Shown here piece after piece: positions 42,881-53,127 of a stretch of DNA of 64,000 nt. Position numbers and translations under genes: made by a program. The stretch's first letter is position 1, and every line of letters begins with the position of its first letter. Source of the stretch: Dehalococcoidia bacterium (GTDB lineage: Bacteria > Chloroflexota > Dehalococcoidia > Plut-88900); contig OZ240215.1 of the NCBI GenBank assembly GCA_965197585.1, positions 416,001-480,000 on the forward strand. The letters are read 5' to 3'. Under the pieces are notes generated by a model. The model was given only the letters and a program-made list of their open reading frames with translations, was not told the origin of the DNA and made no database searches.

Positions 42881-43909
42881 TTATCGGTGGTAGCCCAGCT
42901 CTGCAAGCAGAGCGTCCATCTTGGCAACGGCCTCGTCCCGGCGTTTTTCGGCCTCCCGGAGTTGGACCAACGCTTCCTCGACACTCATTACCTCTACCGG
43001 CTCCGTTGTGTCCACGTAGCGGCTGATGTTCAGGTTGAAGTCGTTGGCCTTGATCTCGTCCAGATCGGCGACGTGGGCGAAGCGGTCCACCTCCTCGAAG
43101 GCTTCATAGGCCTCGACGATCTTCTCGATGTGCTCCTTGTAGAGGAAGTTCTGGGCCTTGCCCTGCCGGAAGTAGTCCGGCTGGGCCGCGTCGATGAAGA
43201 GGACCTTTCCGCGTCGGGGTTCGGGCTTGGCCTTGTTCAGCACGCAAATGGCTACCGGGATGCTCGCCCCGAAGAAGAGGTTCGGGGCCAGGCCGATGAT
43301 AGCCTCGAACATGTCCGCCTCGACTATCCCCTGCCGGATCTTTCCCTCTGCGCCACCCCGGAAGAGGATGCCGTGGGGCATGACCACGCCGACCTGCACC
43401 GCCTGTCCCTGTACGAGATTGTACGCAGCGACCTCGCCGGAATACGGACTCGCAACAACCTCGCCGGACGCCCGAAGCGACTCCAACTCCAGCAACTCCG
43501 AACGGGCTAGGGCCAGGGCATCGGGAGCCGCATCGGGATTCGCTTCGAGAGTCGAGAGCCGGGCGCGAGCGAGTGCCACGTGCCGGCTCAGCTCGGGTAT
43601 CTTGATAAAGGCGATGGGCTGCCCCACCTCTACCGGGTCGCCCACATCGACCGGCACGTCGATGACGTTGCCCGTGATGTCGGAGATGACCGTGTAGCGT
43701 TCACCAGGCTGCGCGAGGACGCACTCGGAAGACAGGCTCCTCTCGACGCTTCCAAACAGGCCCCAGGCAACGAGGCCCAACAGCGCAATCCCCAGCCCGG
43801 CCACGATCACCCATTCATGGGGAGCCGTGACACGCAGCAGACCGTCTAGGGGCTCCGTCTGCCCCCTGCGCGCGAATGCCTCCTCGCGGAATAGCCGTCT
43901 CCTCGCCAA
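42881..43909 (-). pseudogene. in-frame chimera: NHLM-type HlyD secretion adaptor N-terminus fused to HsdM C-terminus
   Basis: LFREEAF..EPLDGLLRVTAP, TM helix and lipoyl-like segments, then VVMPHGILFRGGAEGKIR...NLFFGASIP...NDFNLNISRYV. HsdM SAM-binding and NPP(F/Y) motifs are absent. Confidence 0.85.
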
Positions 43910-44494
43910 ATGTCCATTCCCCCACGCGCTCTTTCTGGCGAGCGTTCAGGTCTCAGGCTCATGCGTCATCAGTGAAGCCGACACGGGTTCTGGTGAGCGC
44001 CGCGCCGGACTTCAGAGTTGCTCGTCGGAGCGCCTGATGTCCGTTCTGAACCCAGGGGAGAACACTTAGAGCGGGTGAAAGAGTGCCGGGTTGTGTTAGG
44101 GTAGGATGCCCGGCGAGTTGCTCCGATGTCTCGGGGCACCTTTTAGTCGGCCCCTCTTCTGAATCGAACGGAATCCTCTCGCGCCATCCGAGCTTCCATA
44201 GTCTATATTTTCGTAGTGTCAACGGTCAATGCAACGCGGCGAACCATCGACACCTGAGAATAGTCAGCGGCGCGGTACACACTTGCCTCTGGTCTGAGCG
44301 ACTTCTCGTGTTGAGGACGCGCCGTCGAGGCCGGTGCGACCGGCCCTGTCTTCGTCGGGGCGCATCAGCGAAAATGGGATTGCACCGCCCTTGTACCCGC
44401 TGGTGGGTGTGGCGTGGCCGCCCCCGATGAAGTGGTTGAGCCTCCAACCCTGGCGGGCCGGAGGCACCTGGGGCCTATCCGGTGTGGCCTGAGC

Positions 44495-44647
44495 GACTCC
44501 TTATATTAGGACCTCCCAGCGAAAAGTTCGCAATTCAGTCTTATCAGGCCCACGACACTGGACTCCTTACAGCAGGACCTCCCAGCGAAAAGTTCGCAGT
44601 ACAGTACACTCTGGCCCCACCAGACTTGGCAAAATCAAGAACCTTCA
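44495..44647. repeat. 66-bp tandem duplication plus dyad att-like site
   Basis: AGGACCTCCCAGCGAAAAGTTCGCA at 44508 and 44574; dyad GTTC-N14-TCTGG-CCCCA-CCAGA-N14-GAAC at 44592-44642. Confidence 0.8.
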
Positions 44648-44957
44648 CAATCAGGTTTTCTTTGTTGGTGTAATCGGTCATACATCCCCACACTACCCAA
44701 ACGCGAGTACCCATGCCTCTGCAGACGAAGCAGGGGCATTACTAGTGAACCAACCACCGCACGGAAACCCTGCCTGATAGTGCCCAAACAACACTCCGCT
44801 CGGCAGACCTGAACGCGAACGATGCTGACACGCCGCGTGCTTGCCCCTTTCTCTGCATCCTCACTATCATGTTATTCAAGAAAGTGGGGCTGTATCCGAA
44901 GTCCAAGTAAGTTACTCTACTTTTACCGGCGTTCAACGAAACTAGACGGCTGGAATA

Positions 44958-47900
44958 ATGTGTATGGGCTACTGTGATTCAGAGGATACAAACATCCCGG
45001 AAGAGACACTTAGTAACACTGGTTCATCGGAGTCGTTGGTGGGCATGAGTCCCTACGCCACTGGCGGAGGGGGCTTCACTTTTGAGCGGAAGGTGGCGGT
45101 CAAGTACTTGGCCCATCTCCTACTTGGCGACGGAGCGGTCGAATTCGGAGAAGGTCGACTTGCCGTCAACGTGGAGTTCCAGCAGGCTCCAGACTATCCA
45201 GTAGACGACTTGGTCATTCGCGCAGCGCGCCCTGAGGAGGCACAACCATCATTGGAACTCGCACTCGGAGTTCGCCGTTCACCGAATCTGGTGCGGAGTG
45301 ATGTGTCAACCCAGAAGTTGATCCGGGAGTTCGTTCGTGCCGTGATCAACGGAACTGCCGATTGTCTGGAATCACGCGTAGGGCTGGTCGTAGCAGGACC
45401 GCAGAAACACGCACAGCAACTAGGAAGCCTAGCTGGTCTTGCTGCAGCTCAGATGGATGCGCCCGGGTTCTTTGACCTAGTCCACACGCCAAAAAAATTC
45501 GATGAAGGGGTTCGAGGCCGACTTGAACACATGGAAAGCCTAGTAGAGAAAGCGCTGCGCGACCTCGGCGAGGCAAATCCTGATGCGGCACTGGTTCGGC
45601 AGCGCACGTGGCAACTGCTCTCGCGGCTCACTGTCCTGATGCCGCGGCTTGAGTCTCCGGATGAAACTGATTGGTCGGAAGTCGAGAACAAGTTAATACC
45701 TGTGGCGCGAGGCATAAGTCTGCCAGGAGCGGAGAAGTTACGCGACCGACTCTTCACCTTGGCTAGTGATTATTCTCCGAGATCTGCGAGAGTCGATCTC
45801 ACGATTTTGCGCCGTGATGCGCATGAAACTCTGGACACGAACTACCGGCGCCACCAGCAAGGATGGCAGATTCTCGATCATCTTCACGGTAGTGCGCTTC
45901 AGTCGTTGCGCTACGAGGTTACAGACAGCGACAGAATTCGCCGCGTGAGTCTTGATCGAAGTGCCGCAACCGACCGTCTCATCACAGCAGTTGGCGAGGT
46001 TGACGCTGTCATCGTAGTAGGTGAATCGGGTGTGGGGAAGAGCGCACTAACCGTTCGAGCTCTCAGTGCCGGGGACACTGACACAATGGGAGTTTTGTGC
46101 ATCAACCTACGACAGATACCGAGGCTGACAGTTGAATTCGAGGCTAGACTGGGCCTTCCCCTCGCCAATCTATTAGGGGAATTGAGCGCACCACTCCGTG
46201 TGCTTGTAATTGATGGAGCGGACGCCATCGCCGAAGGTATGGAAGACGCTTTCCGCTACCTGGTCATCTCCGCTGAGGAAAGCGGAGTGAAAGTCGTGGC
46301 TGTCTCCGGCATGGATGGCATGCAGGTCGTTGACGACATACTCACCGATCGCTTCGGTGACGGTGTGGTTAAGTTTCCGGTGGAATCATTAACCGACACC
46401 GAGCTAGAAGAAATAGTTGAGGCCTTCCCAGAACTGATAGGGCTCACCTCCAATCCCCAATCGCGGGAGCTATTACGGCGGCTCGTAGTAGTAGACCTAC
46501 TTGTTCGTGGCCAACTTGGAGGAGTTCCGCTTAGTGATGCGGACGCGATGCTGGAAGTTTGGTCGGGTCTCGTTCGTCGACATGAATGGTTGGATAAGGG
46601 ACATCCGGACGCCCGGGAGTCCGTGCTCCTGCGATTGGGAGAGTATTCTCTCAATGGCGGCGATAGGCTCGGAGTCATCGATCAACTCGACACGACCGCT
46701 ATCACTGGGTTGCGGCAGGACGGCTTGCTGCAAGCGTCAACTGACAATCCTTTCGTTAGTGGACCCGACTTCGCTCACGATGAGGTGCGCCGCTACTCGG
46801 TCGCTCGTCTGCTCATGCTCGAAAGAGACCCAGCCAAGAGTATCTTGCGCGCCGGAGCGCCGCGATGGGCGCTTGGGGCCGCGAGACTAGCGTGTCAGGC
46901 GTTGTTACAGGAGCCAGACGGAGCCACGTCACCGCTCCGCGGCAGATTCGATGCCTTGCAGGCCTCCTTCGACGCCCTCATACAAGCGAAACATGGGACC
47001 CGCTGGGGCGATGTGCCTAGTGAAGCCTTGCTTTCTCTCGCTGATCCTAGTGAAGTCCTCCGGGACGCGTGGGGTGCATTGCGCTCAAATGATGACGCGG
47101 GACTGAAACGGCTAGTTAGGCTTGTAGATCAGCGACATCGCGATAACAGCGGCATAGCAAATCTCGTTGTGGTAGAGCCAATAATCACGCTATTCCTAGA
47201 AGCCAGTGCGCCATGGCAGTCTGGCGATTTCTCCAGCAATCTACTGAGGCAATGGCTGATTGCGCACATAGTTGCGGGGACTCCGGCCGGATATCCTTTG
47301 CGCATTCTGCTTCGTGAGCGTCTCCTGAAAGCATATGTCGAAGGAGATTATCTGCTTCGGGAACAACAAAAGGCAGAGGAAGCAGCCCGAGTCGCTCGAA
47401 CGCTGGAGGAGGCCGAGGAAGAGCGCCCGCTCATGAAAGGCCCCCGCGACCTTTCTTCGACTATAGGCTACGGTGGACGCCAACGGCGCCAGCGGCCAGC
47501 AGTTCCTCGTGAGTGTAGAGACGAGGTATTCGTGGAACTGCTGGCTTTACTCGGGCCAGATCTAGGTGAGGAGGGAGAAAAAATCCTTCTCAGGATCGCT
47601 CGTGACGCACCTTCTTGTCTAGCTCCCGCGTTGGAGGAGTCACTAACGGGAGACGCACTCGCTGGCTATCGCCGCGGCCTCCTGGCCCATCTGACCCAGG
47701 CATACTACCTTGACGACGAGGCGGATGCTTCAGCATTTCTTAACGACTACGGGATCCGTGGTCACCGAAGCCGAAGACGAAGGGTGTTTGGGCCTCCCGC
47801 TGCTTGGTACCTTGGACCGTTTACGAGTTTATTTTTTTCTGACTTCCGCAACGGCGTCCGGGTACTCAACCTAATGCTCAACCACGCTGCGATCATTCGT

Positions 47901-50183
47901 GCACGCACTGTTGCCCGCCTGATTAGCATTACCGAAGACCATCGCGACATGGATGTCGAGCCTTACAGGGCACACCTAGGAATCACTGGAGCGAGTCAAG
48001 CATATGCCGGCGACGACCAAGTTTGGAGATGGTACCGAGGGACAGGAGTTGGCCCTTATCCATGCATGAGCGCATTGCAAGCACTTGAGCGTACGTGCGA
48101 CCAAATGATAAGAGTTGGCATTCCGATTACAACTCTGGTTTCGGTGCTGCTCGATGGTTGTGAGAACCTTGCGATGGTCGGCCTCGTCCTCGGTATTTTG
48201 GTGAGGCACGTTGAGCAAGCAGACTATTTACTATATCCGTACTTCACAGAACCTATCCTCTGGAGGCTTGAGTTCAGGCGAGTAGTCGACGAACAAGGCA
48301 TGTTTGCAGCCAGCTCTGAAGGAATCGAGGCACCCGACCGGCGCAAATGGTCGCTGCGAGAAGCAGCGATGTCCATGGCATTGGGAGCCACGGACGAGCG
48401 AGCCGAGGATCTTCGGTTGTTAGGAGAAACACTTATCGAAACAGCACGTCGAGAAATCAAGCAAGGACAAAGCGAAGATGGAATAGAGAATCAGGCCAAT
48501 GGCGGCGAAGACATTGAACAGCTCTTGGCACCTGTCCGTGCATGGGCCAGTAGCCTCGACCGTAACAAGTTCCAGGTCCGAGAGGCTGCGGATGGACTAT
48601 ATATCCAGGCTACGCCACCTCACGAAGTCGTTAAAGCACTTGAACTTGCAAACGAGGATCTGGAGCGGACTTCAGAGGAGATTCGGCTCACGGTTCGCTA
48701 CTACGTAAATCGCAAAGAGACTGAAGCAGAAGGAATCGAGGCTGGGGAATTGGTGGTCGACTTAGAGTCCGCACGTATGTTACTGGAGAACCCTCCGACT
48801 GTCAGTGCACATCTTCCCTGGGATGTGCCGGCCCTAGTAGTTGCTGCGGCACTCGAGGCCTACGTACTACAACAAGTTGACCTGCCAGGTGATGCATTGA
48901 CGTTCGCCGTTGACACGGTGTTACAAGTCTCAGAGATTTCGGAAGATGAAGCGTTCCGGAGACCCTTCGAATTCGAGGGCACTCTATTCGAACAAGGCGC
49001 AGACCGCAGTGCCGCGAGGGTTGTGCCACTGCTACTGACACCTTCTGCTGAGCCTTTGCGCGCGATTGGGGCGTCCGCAGACGAGTCGGTCACCGTCAAG
49101 CGCATTTCTGACGCTGGCTTGCTCCTTGCACGAGCCGTAGCCGATGAAGTGCGGCTCCACCTCGCACGCGGACTTCACCACCTCTGGGCAACGCCGTGTG
49201 TTAACCACGGGACTTGCCATCATCATACAGGGTTCGAGATCGTCAACGAGACCTTGCGCGATTGCGCGCTCGGTGAATGGGATCCCGAGTTAGAAAGACG
49301 TTCTATAGTTTTGCTTGACGAACCTATATCCGTCTCACTAGCGAACACATCTGACGATGCCATTATTGTTAGTCGCCTTGATGCATCGATACGAGCACTA
49401 GCACCTGCGTCCGCGGCTAATATTTGCGTCTCCAGCTTTGCAAGGGAATTGCTTATGGTCGTCCTCACCACTCAGAGACGATGCTTGCTCAACTACAAAC
49501 ACCCCAGCGTGGATGATCGAGGAGATCACTCCCTTGTGAGTGCGCGAGCTTTGTTGACATTAGCCGAGCACGGCGATGATGGTCCCCTACACGAGCACAT
49601 TGGTGCTTATTCTTACAGCCCGGGTCTCCTGAGCAAGCTGCTTCAAGCGCTGTCGGCGGCAGCGGAAGAGACTGAAAACCTCGCCTCAACCGCACGGCGG
49701 ATCTGGCCAAGCGTGATCCGTCAGGTAATGGACATGCCATACGCAGGACATTCACTGTTACAGGGCAGAAACTATGAAGGGACACCCATATCAGTGCTCT
49801 TGCCAAATGCAACCCCGCAGAATTCATATCTATACCAAGAGATCCGAGGAATGCCAATCGTTTGGTGGGAACCACTGGCATTAAAGGCGGAAGTCGATAC
49901 ATGGATTGGGTCTGCAGTTGGGAAAGCAAGGTGTGCCGACCAACTCATAGGTTTTCTCAGGCCTCTTTCCGCAGAAGATCAGGCTCGCGTTGGGATACCT
50001 TGGTTGTCCACTATCGTATCAGGGAATCTTGGTGACATTGCCAAGAGTAGTTTCCTGTTGACTGATTGGCTGATTGAGACGCGTTCTGCTGCTGCCGCGG
50101 TCGGCCTCTCAGCTCAATGGCAGCAGATGGTTGACGCCCTCGTAGTTGAAGGAGTCGCAAGACTTGCGCCATATTCCGAATAG
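44958..50183 (+). CDS. large STAND/NACHT-like NTPase with N-terminal nuclease-like domain (Avs/NLR-like defence protein)
   Basis: N-terminal GGGGFTFERKV...VDDLVI, Walker A GESGVGKS, Walker B LVIDGAD, FAHD, long helical C-terminus; start uncertain. Confidence 0.75.
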   Translation: MCMGYCDSEDTNIPEETLSNTGSSESLVGMSPYATGGGGFTFERKVAVKYLAHLLLGDGAVEFGEGRLAVNVEFQQAPDYPVDDLVIRAARPEEAQPSLELALGVRRSPNLVRSDVSTQKLIREFVRAVINGTADCLESRVGLVVAGPQKHAQQLGSLAGLAAAQMDAPGFFDLVHTPKKFDEGVRGRLEHMESLVEKALRDLGEANPDAALVRQRTWQLLSRLTVLMPRLESPDETDWSEVENKLIPVARGISLPGAEKLRDRLFTLASDYSPRSARVDLTILRRDAHETLDTNYRRHQQGWQILDHLHGSALQSLRYEVTDSDRIRRVSLDRSAATDRLITAVGEVDAVIVVGESGVGKSALTVRALSAGDTDTMGVLCINLRQIPRLTVEFEARLGLPLANLLGELSAPLRVLVIDGADAIAEGMEDAFRYLVISAEESGVKVVAVSGMDGMQVVDDILTDRFGDGVVKFPVESLTDTELEEIVEAFPELIGLTSNPQSRELLRRLVVVDLLVRGQLGGVPLSDADAMLEVWSGLVRRHEWLDKGHPDARESVLLRLGEYSLNGGDRLGVIDQLDTTAITGLRQDGLLQASTDNPFVSGPDFAHDEVRRYSVARLLMLERDPAKSILRAGAPRWALGAARLACQALLQEPDGATSPLRGRFDALQASFDALIQAKHGTRWGDVPSEALLSLADPSEVLRDAWGALRSNDDAGLKRLVRLVDQRHRDNSGIANLVVVEPIITLFLEASAPWQSGDFSSNLLRQWLIAHIVAGTPAGYPLRILLRERLLKAYVEGDYLLREQQKAEEAARVARTLEEAEEERPLMKGPRDLSSTIGYGGRQRRQRPAVPRECRDEVFVELLALLGPDLGEEGEKILLRIARDAPSCLAPALEESLTGDALAGYRRGLLAHLTQAYYLDDEADASAFLNDYGIRGHRSRRRRVFGPPAAWYLGPFTSLFFSDFRNGVRVLNLMLNHAAIIRARTVARLISITEDHRDMDVEPYRAHLGITGASQAYAGDDQVWRWYRGTGVGPYPCMSALQALERTCDQMIRVGIPITTLVSVLLDGCENLAMVGLVLGILVRHVEQADYLLYPYFTEPILWRLEFRRVVDEQGMFAASSEGIEAPDRRKWSLREAAMSMALGATDERAEDLRLLGETLIETARREIKQGQSEDGIENQANGGEDIEQLLAPVRAWASSLDRNKFQVREAADGLYIQATPPHEVVKALELANEDLERTSEEIRLTVRYYVNRKETEAEGIEAGELVVDLESARMLLENPPTVSAHLPWDVPALVVAAALEAYVLQQVDLPGDALTFAVDTVLQVSEISEDEAFRRPFEFEGTLFEQGADRSAARVVPLLLTPSAEPLRAIGASADESVTVKRISDAGLLLARAVADEVRLHLARGLHHLWATPCVNHGTCHHHTGFEIVNETLRDCALGEWDPELERRSIVLLDEPISVSLANTSDDAIIVSRLDASIRALAPASAANICVSSFARELLMVVLTTQRRCLLNYKHPSVDDRGDHSLVSARALLTLAEHGDDGPLHEHIGAYSYSPGLLSKLLQALSAAAEETENLASTARRIWPSVIRQVMDMPYAGHSLLQGRNYEGTPISVLLPNATPQNSYLYQEIRGMPIVWWEPLALKAEVDTWIGSAVGKARCADQLIGFLRPLSAEDQARVGIPWLSTIVSGNLGDIAKSSFLLTDWLIETRSAAAAVGLSAQWQQMVDALVVEGVARLAPYSE

Positions 50184-50222
50184 TCCACATATGGAATTCA
50201 TGGCAACACGTGAGAGACGAAC

Positions 50223-50260
50223 TGTCGGCCCCTCAACAACTGGTGTTGACGGGGTCGACA
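50223..50260 (+). terminator. strong hairpin after the STAND gene
   Basis: TGTCGGCCCC-TCAACA loop TGTTGA-CGGGGTCGACA; no U-tract. Confidence 0.4.
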
Positions 50261-50362
50261 TCTGATAGAGGAAGGTCGCTTGACTCATGCCGGGCGACTG
50301 CCGGCAATACTACACTAAGGCGAACCTCATTGCGGAATGGATTCGGATCCTATCCTTACCGA

Positions 50363-50394
50363 CCCACCAGACTTGACAAAATCAAGAACTTTCA
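50363..50394 (+). repeat. att-like half-site, direct copy of 44616-44647
   Basis: CCCACCAGACTTGACAAAATCAAGAACTTTCA, 30/32 identical. Confidence 0.8.
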
Positions 50395-50583
50395 TTTGAC
50401 GGACTCAATCGACACGGAAAACTTAAGTACTCGTGGGCGGTCGGTTTGGGTCCGTTCAAGCCAGGTCAGATTGTTAGACAGTAGTGTGCCACACAACAGC
50501 CTGCCGGAGAGGATGGGGCCGCTGGGACTATGCGTGATGCGAGCAGCGGCCCCGCGAGATTCCCTCCAAAGCGGCCCGCGTGG

Positions 50584-51258
50584 TCAATCATCCAGCAGCC
50601 CGTTCTGCGCAGCCCACACCACGACCTCCTGCTTCGAGTCGACGCCCAGCTTGATCTAAATGGTGTAGATGGCGTTTCGGACGGTGACCACCTTGACTCC
50701 CCTTGCCGCCGCAATCGCAACGTATGACATGCCCCGGCAGAACGACACAAGTATCTCCTTCTCCCTCTGGGTCAGGTTGACGTCCTTCGCTCTCGCCCCG
50801 CTCCGCATCCTGTGGAACACCCGCCTCACCACCTCGGTCGGCAGACGCCCCTCGCCCGCAGCCGCGCTCTTCATCATGCCCAGGACCTGGTCCATCCCGG
50901 CCACCTTCTGAAGATAGCCGGCCGCACCGGCGGCCACCGCCTCTATGACGGCGTTCGCCTCCGTCGAGGCGGTCAGCATGAGCACCCGTGTCTTGGGCAG
51001 AGACTCCATGATCTCCCGGCACGCCTCCACCCCGTCCATCTTGGGCATCATGACGTCCATGACGATCAAGTCGGGCGACAGCTCGGAGGCCGCCTTCACC
51101 GCCTCCACTCCGTCCCTGGCCTGCCCCACCACCTCGAACTCCTCGGACCGCTCCAGAATCACCTGAAGACCTTCCCGCGTGACTGAATGGTCGTCGGCGA
51201 GCAGCACCCTTATGCGACGAGACTCTGTTGACAATTTATCCCTCCTGTTGTCCGCCAC
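50584..51258 (-). pseudogene. NarL/LuxR response regulator with premature amber stop
   Basis: Intact receiver (LADDH, MDVMMP, YLQK) and LTQREKEIL HTH. After TAG at 50656-50658 the frame continues IKLGVDSKQEVVVWAAQNGLLDD*. Confidence 0.85.
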
Positions 51259-52459
51259 CGGACAATGGCATCACGCAGGTCACGCTGGCGCCCCCGGCCG
51301 GTCCCGTGGGCTCGACGATAAGGCGTCCGCCCAGACGCCCGGCGTACACCCGCATGTTTGCGAAGCCGTGGCCCCGCTCCTCGTAGTCGTCGGGAAGGCC
51401 CACCCCGTCGTCCGACACCGACAGCCTGAGCTCATCCCGTCCGAAGTCGAGATCGACCAGCACCCGGCTCGCCCCGGCATGGCGAAGGGCGTTGGCGAGG
51501 GCGTTGTGGGCTATGGAGAACAGGAGACTCCTGACCTCCACCGAAAGCGGCGGCTCCACACCGTTCTGCGTCAGCTCCGCCGACACCGACGTGATGGACT
51601 TGAACGTCGCGACGTGCGAGTCCAGGGTCCAGCCCAACTCACCGCCCTCGAATATGCGGCCCATGTCAATCGGGTGTCTCAGCTGCCAGACGGCGGTCTT
51701 GGAAAGCCGTGAGGTGGCATCGAGCCTGGCGGCGAGCTCTTCGTTCGAGTCTCCGGCAACCTGTCTGGCCGCGTCTATCCCCAGGCCGATCATGAAGGCG
51801 GTCTGGGCGGCCGTATCGTGAATGGCCTGGGAGAGCTCGATCCATTCCCGTTGCAGCTCCCTTTCCCTTTCTATCGCCGCTCTCGCCCTGCGCCGCTGAA
51901 ACCGGGTGATGAAGTTGACAACCAGGACAACCCCGAACATCGCGAGCACCCTGGAGAACAGCATCTTCTCGTTGATCCCATCGAAGGCCATGCCCGAGCC
52001 GACGGTCAGGCTCACGCCGATATATATGGAGGCGGTGATGGTCGTCCAGGTGAGATTCAGCAGAGCGGAGGTGAAGATGGCGGCAAAAGCGGCGAGGGCA
52101 GGATAGTAGGGAATGTAAAGGAAGTTGTCGAAGCCCCCATCGACGCCGCCGCTGGCCGTGATCAGGGCTATGTCCATGGCGCTGAGGACGAGCAGGTGAC
52201 GCCACGTCACCCTGCGCCGGGAGAGCAGACGGTAGTGCACGTAGCCGTTGAGTGCGACCAGCGGCACGTGCATGAGCATGAACGGAATGTACTTGGCATG
52301 GGTGAACGTCGGTCGATAGGCGAGTTCGATCACGGCGCCGGCCCAGAAGAGCCAGCGTAGCCACACCGTGACCTTGGCGGCGTACGATGCCTCGCCCGGG
52401 TCGAGCCAGAGCATCTGGAGAAGCCGCGTCTGTATTGCGCCCATCGATGTCTTTATCAA
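51236..52459 (-). CDS. membrane sensor histidine kinase (HisKA_3), paralog of 14427-15686
   Basis: ELSQAIHDTAAQ, WQLRHPIDMGRIFEG, NALRH, DDGVG. Confidence 0.9.
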   Translation of the reverse strand: MIKTSMGAIQTRLLQMLWLDPGEASYAAKVTVWLRWLFWAGAVIELAYRPTFTHAKYIPFMLMHVPLVALNGYVHYRLLSRRRVTWRHLLVLSAMDIALITASGGVDGGFDNFLYIPYYPALAAFAAIFTSALLNLTWTTITASIYIGVSLTVGSGMAFDGINEKMLFSRVLAMFGVVLVVNFITRFQRRRARAAIERERELQREWIELSQAIHDTAAQTAFMIGLGIDAARQVAGDSNEELAARLDATSRLSKTAVWQLRHPIDMGRIFEGGELGWTLDSHVATFKSITSVSAELTQNGVEPPLSVEVRSLLFSIAHNALANALRHAGASRVLVDLDFGRDELRLSVSDDGVGLPDDYEERGHGFANMRVYAGRLGGRLIVEPTGPAGGASVTCVMPLSGGGQQEG

Positions 52460-52896
52460 CTACAGGCCCCTATTCCGATACGCAAACTAACCCCCCTGAT
52501 GCCAAGGGGCGCCGGAGCCCAGTTGGATGACACCGGCCCGCCGGTCGAACTTGCGCAGCAACCTCGCGCCAGCTTGCCCCCAGCCTCTGCAGCGGGAACA
52601 GTGGCACATACACGGTGTGGCGCTCCAGCCAACCCGAGGCCGGTACGCCAGCTGCACACAGCTGAAGGCGGTCACGAACCGGTGTGCCCGGACCAGTTAG
52701 GCCGCGACGTATCTCAGCCAGTCCGGGTCCAGGAGGATGAACATCGAACCGCTCCTCCCGAAAGACTCTGGCGGCTATCCCCGTTGGATGAAGGCCCCGG
52801 CTTTGGCGAGGCGCCTGAGACATCTCCTCTCCTGTGAGCGCGTGAGACCATGGAGTGTTTGGTGGTCACGACGGTGCGTAGATGACTATCAATCTA

Positions 52897-53032
52897 GCCA
52901 CTTTAGATTATGTCTACAAGAGCAAAAAGTTGCAGAAACACACTCTCTCAGAGCTAACACTATTGCCGTCCCAAGAGTGTGATTGGGCACTTACCAAAAC
53001 GATGCAGAGCCTCTACCGTTTTCATGGGCAAT
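52897..53032 (+). promoter_or_regulatory. conserved upstream element, copy 1
   Basis: Collinear with 55776-55912; both copies lie upstream of surface-protein genes. Confidence 0.6.
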
Positions 53033-53127
53033 ACCGTTCAGATGACAGGCGGAGCTTAAGGCTGGCACCCCACTCAAGATAAGGGTAGTTCTACCGGAGG
53101 ACCTGTTCCCGACGCAAAAGGGAAGCT

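Noticed and set aside
43910-44480. RiPP/NHLP precursor upstream of the HlyD fragment
   Set aside because: No ORF with a nitrile-hydratase-like or double-glycine leader was found.
44495-44626. Mini-CRISPR (25-bp repeat, 66-bp period)
   Set aside because: Only two copies, the would-be spacers resemble each other, and no cas genes are present. Better explained as a duplicated att-like arm.
52897-53032. c-di-GMP-I riboswitch (GATGCAGAGCCTC resembles GACGCAAAGCC)
   Set aside because: The GNRA-capped P2 stem and overall layout are missing; kept only as an unknown element.
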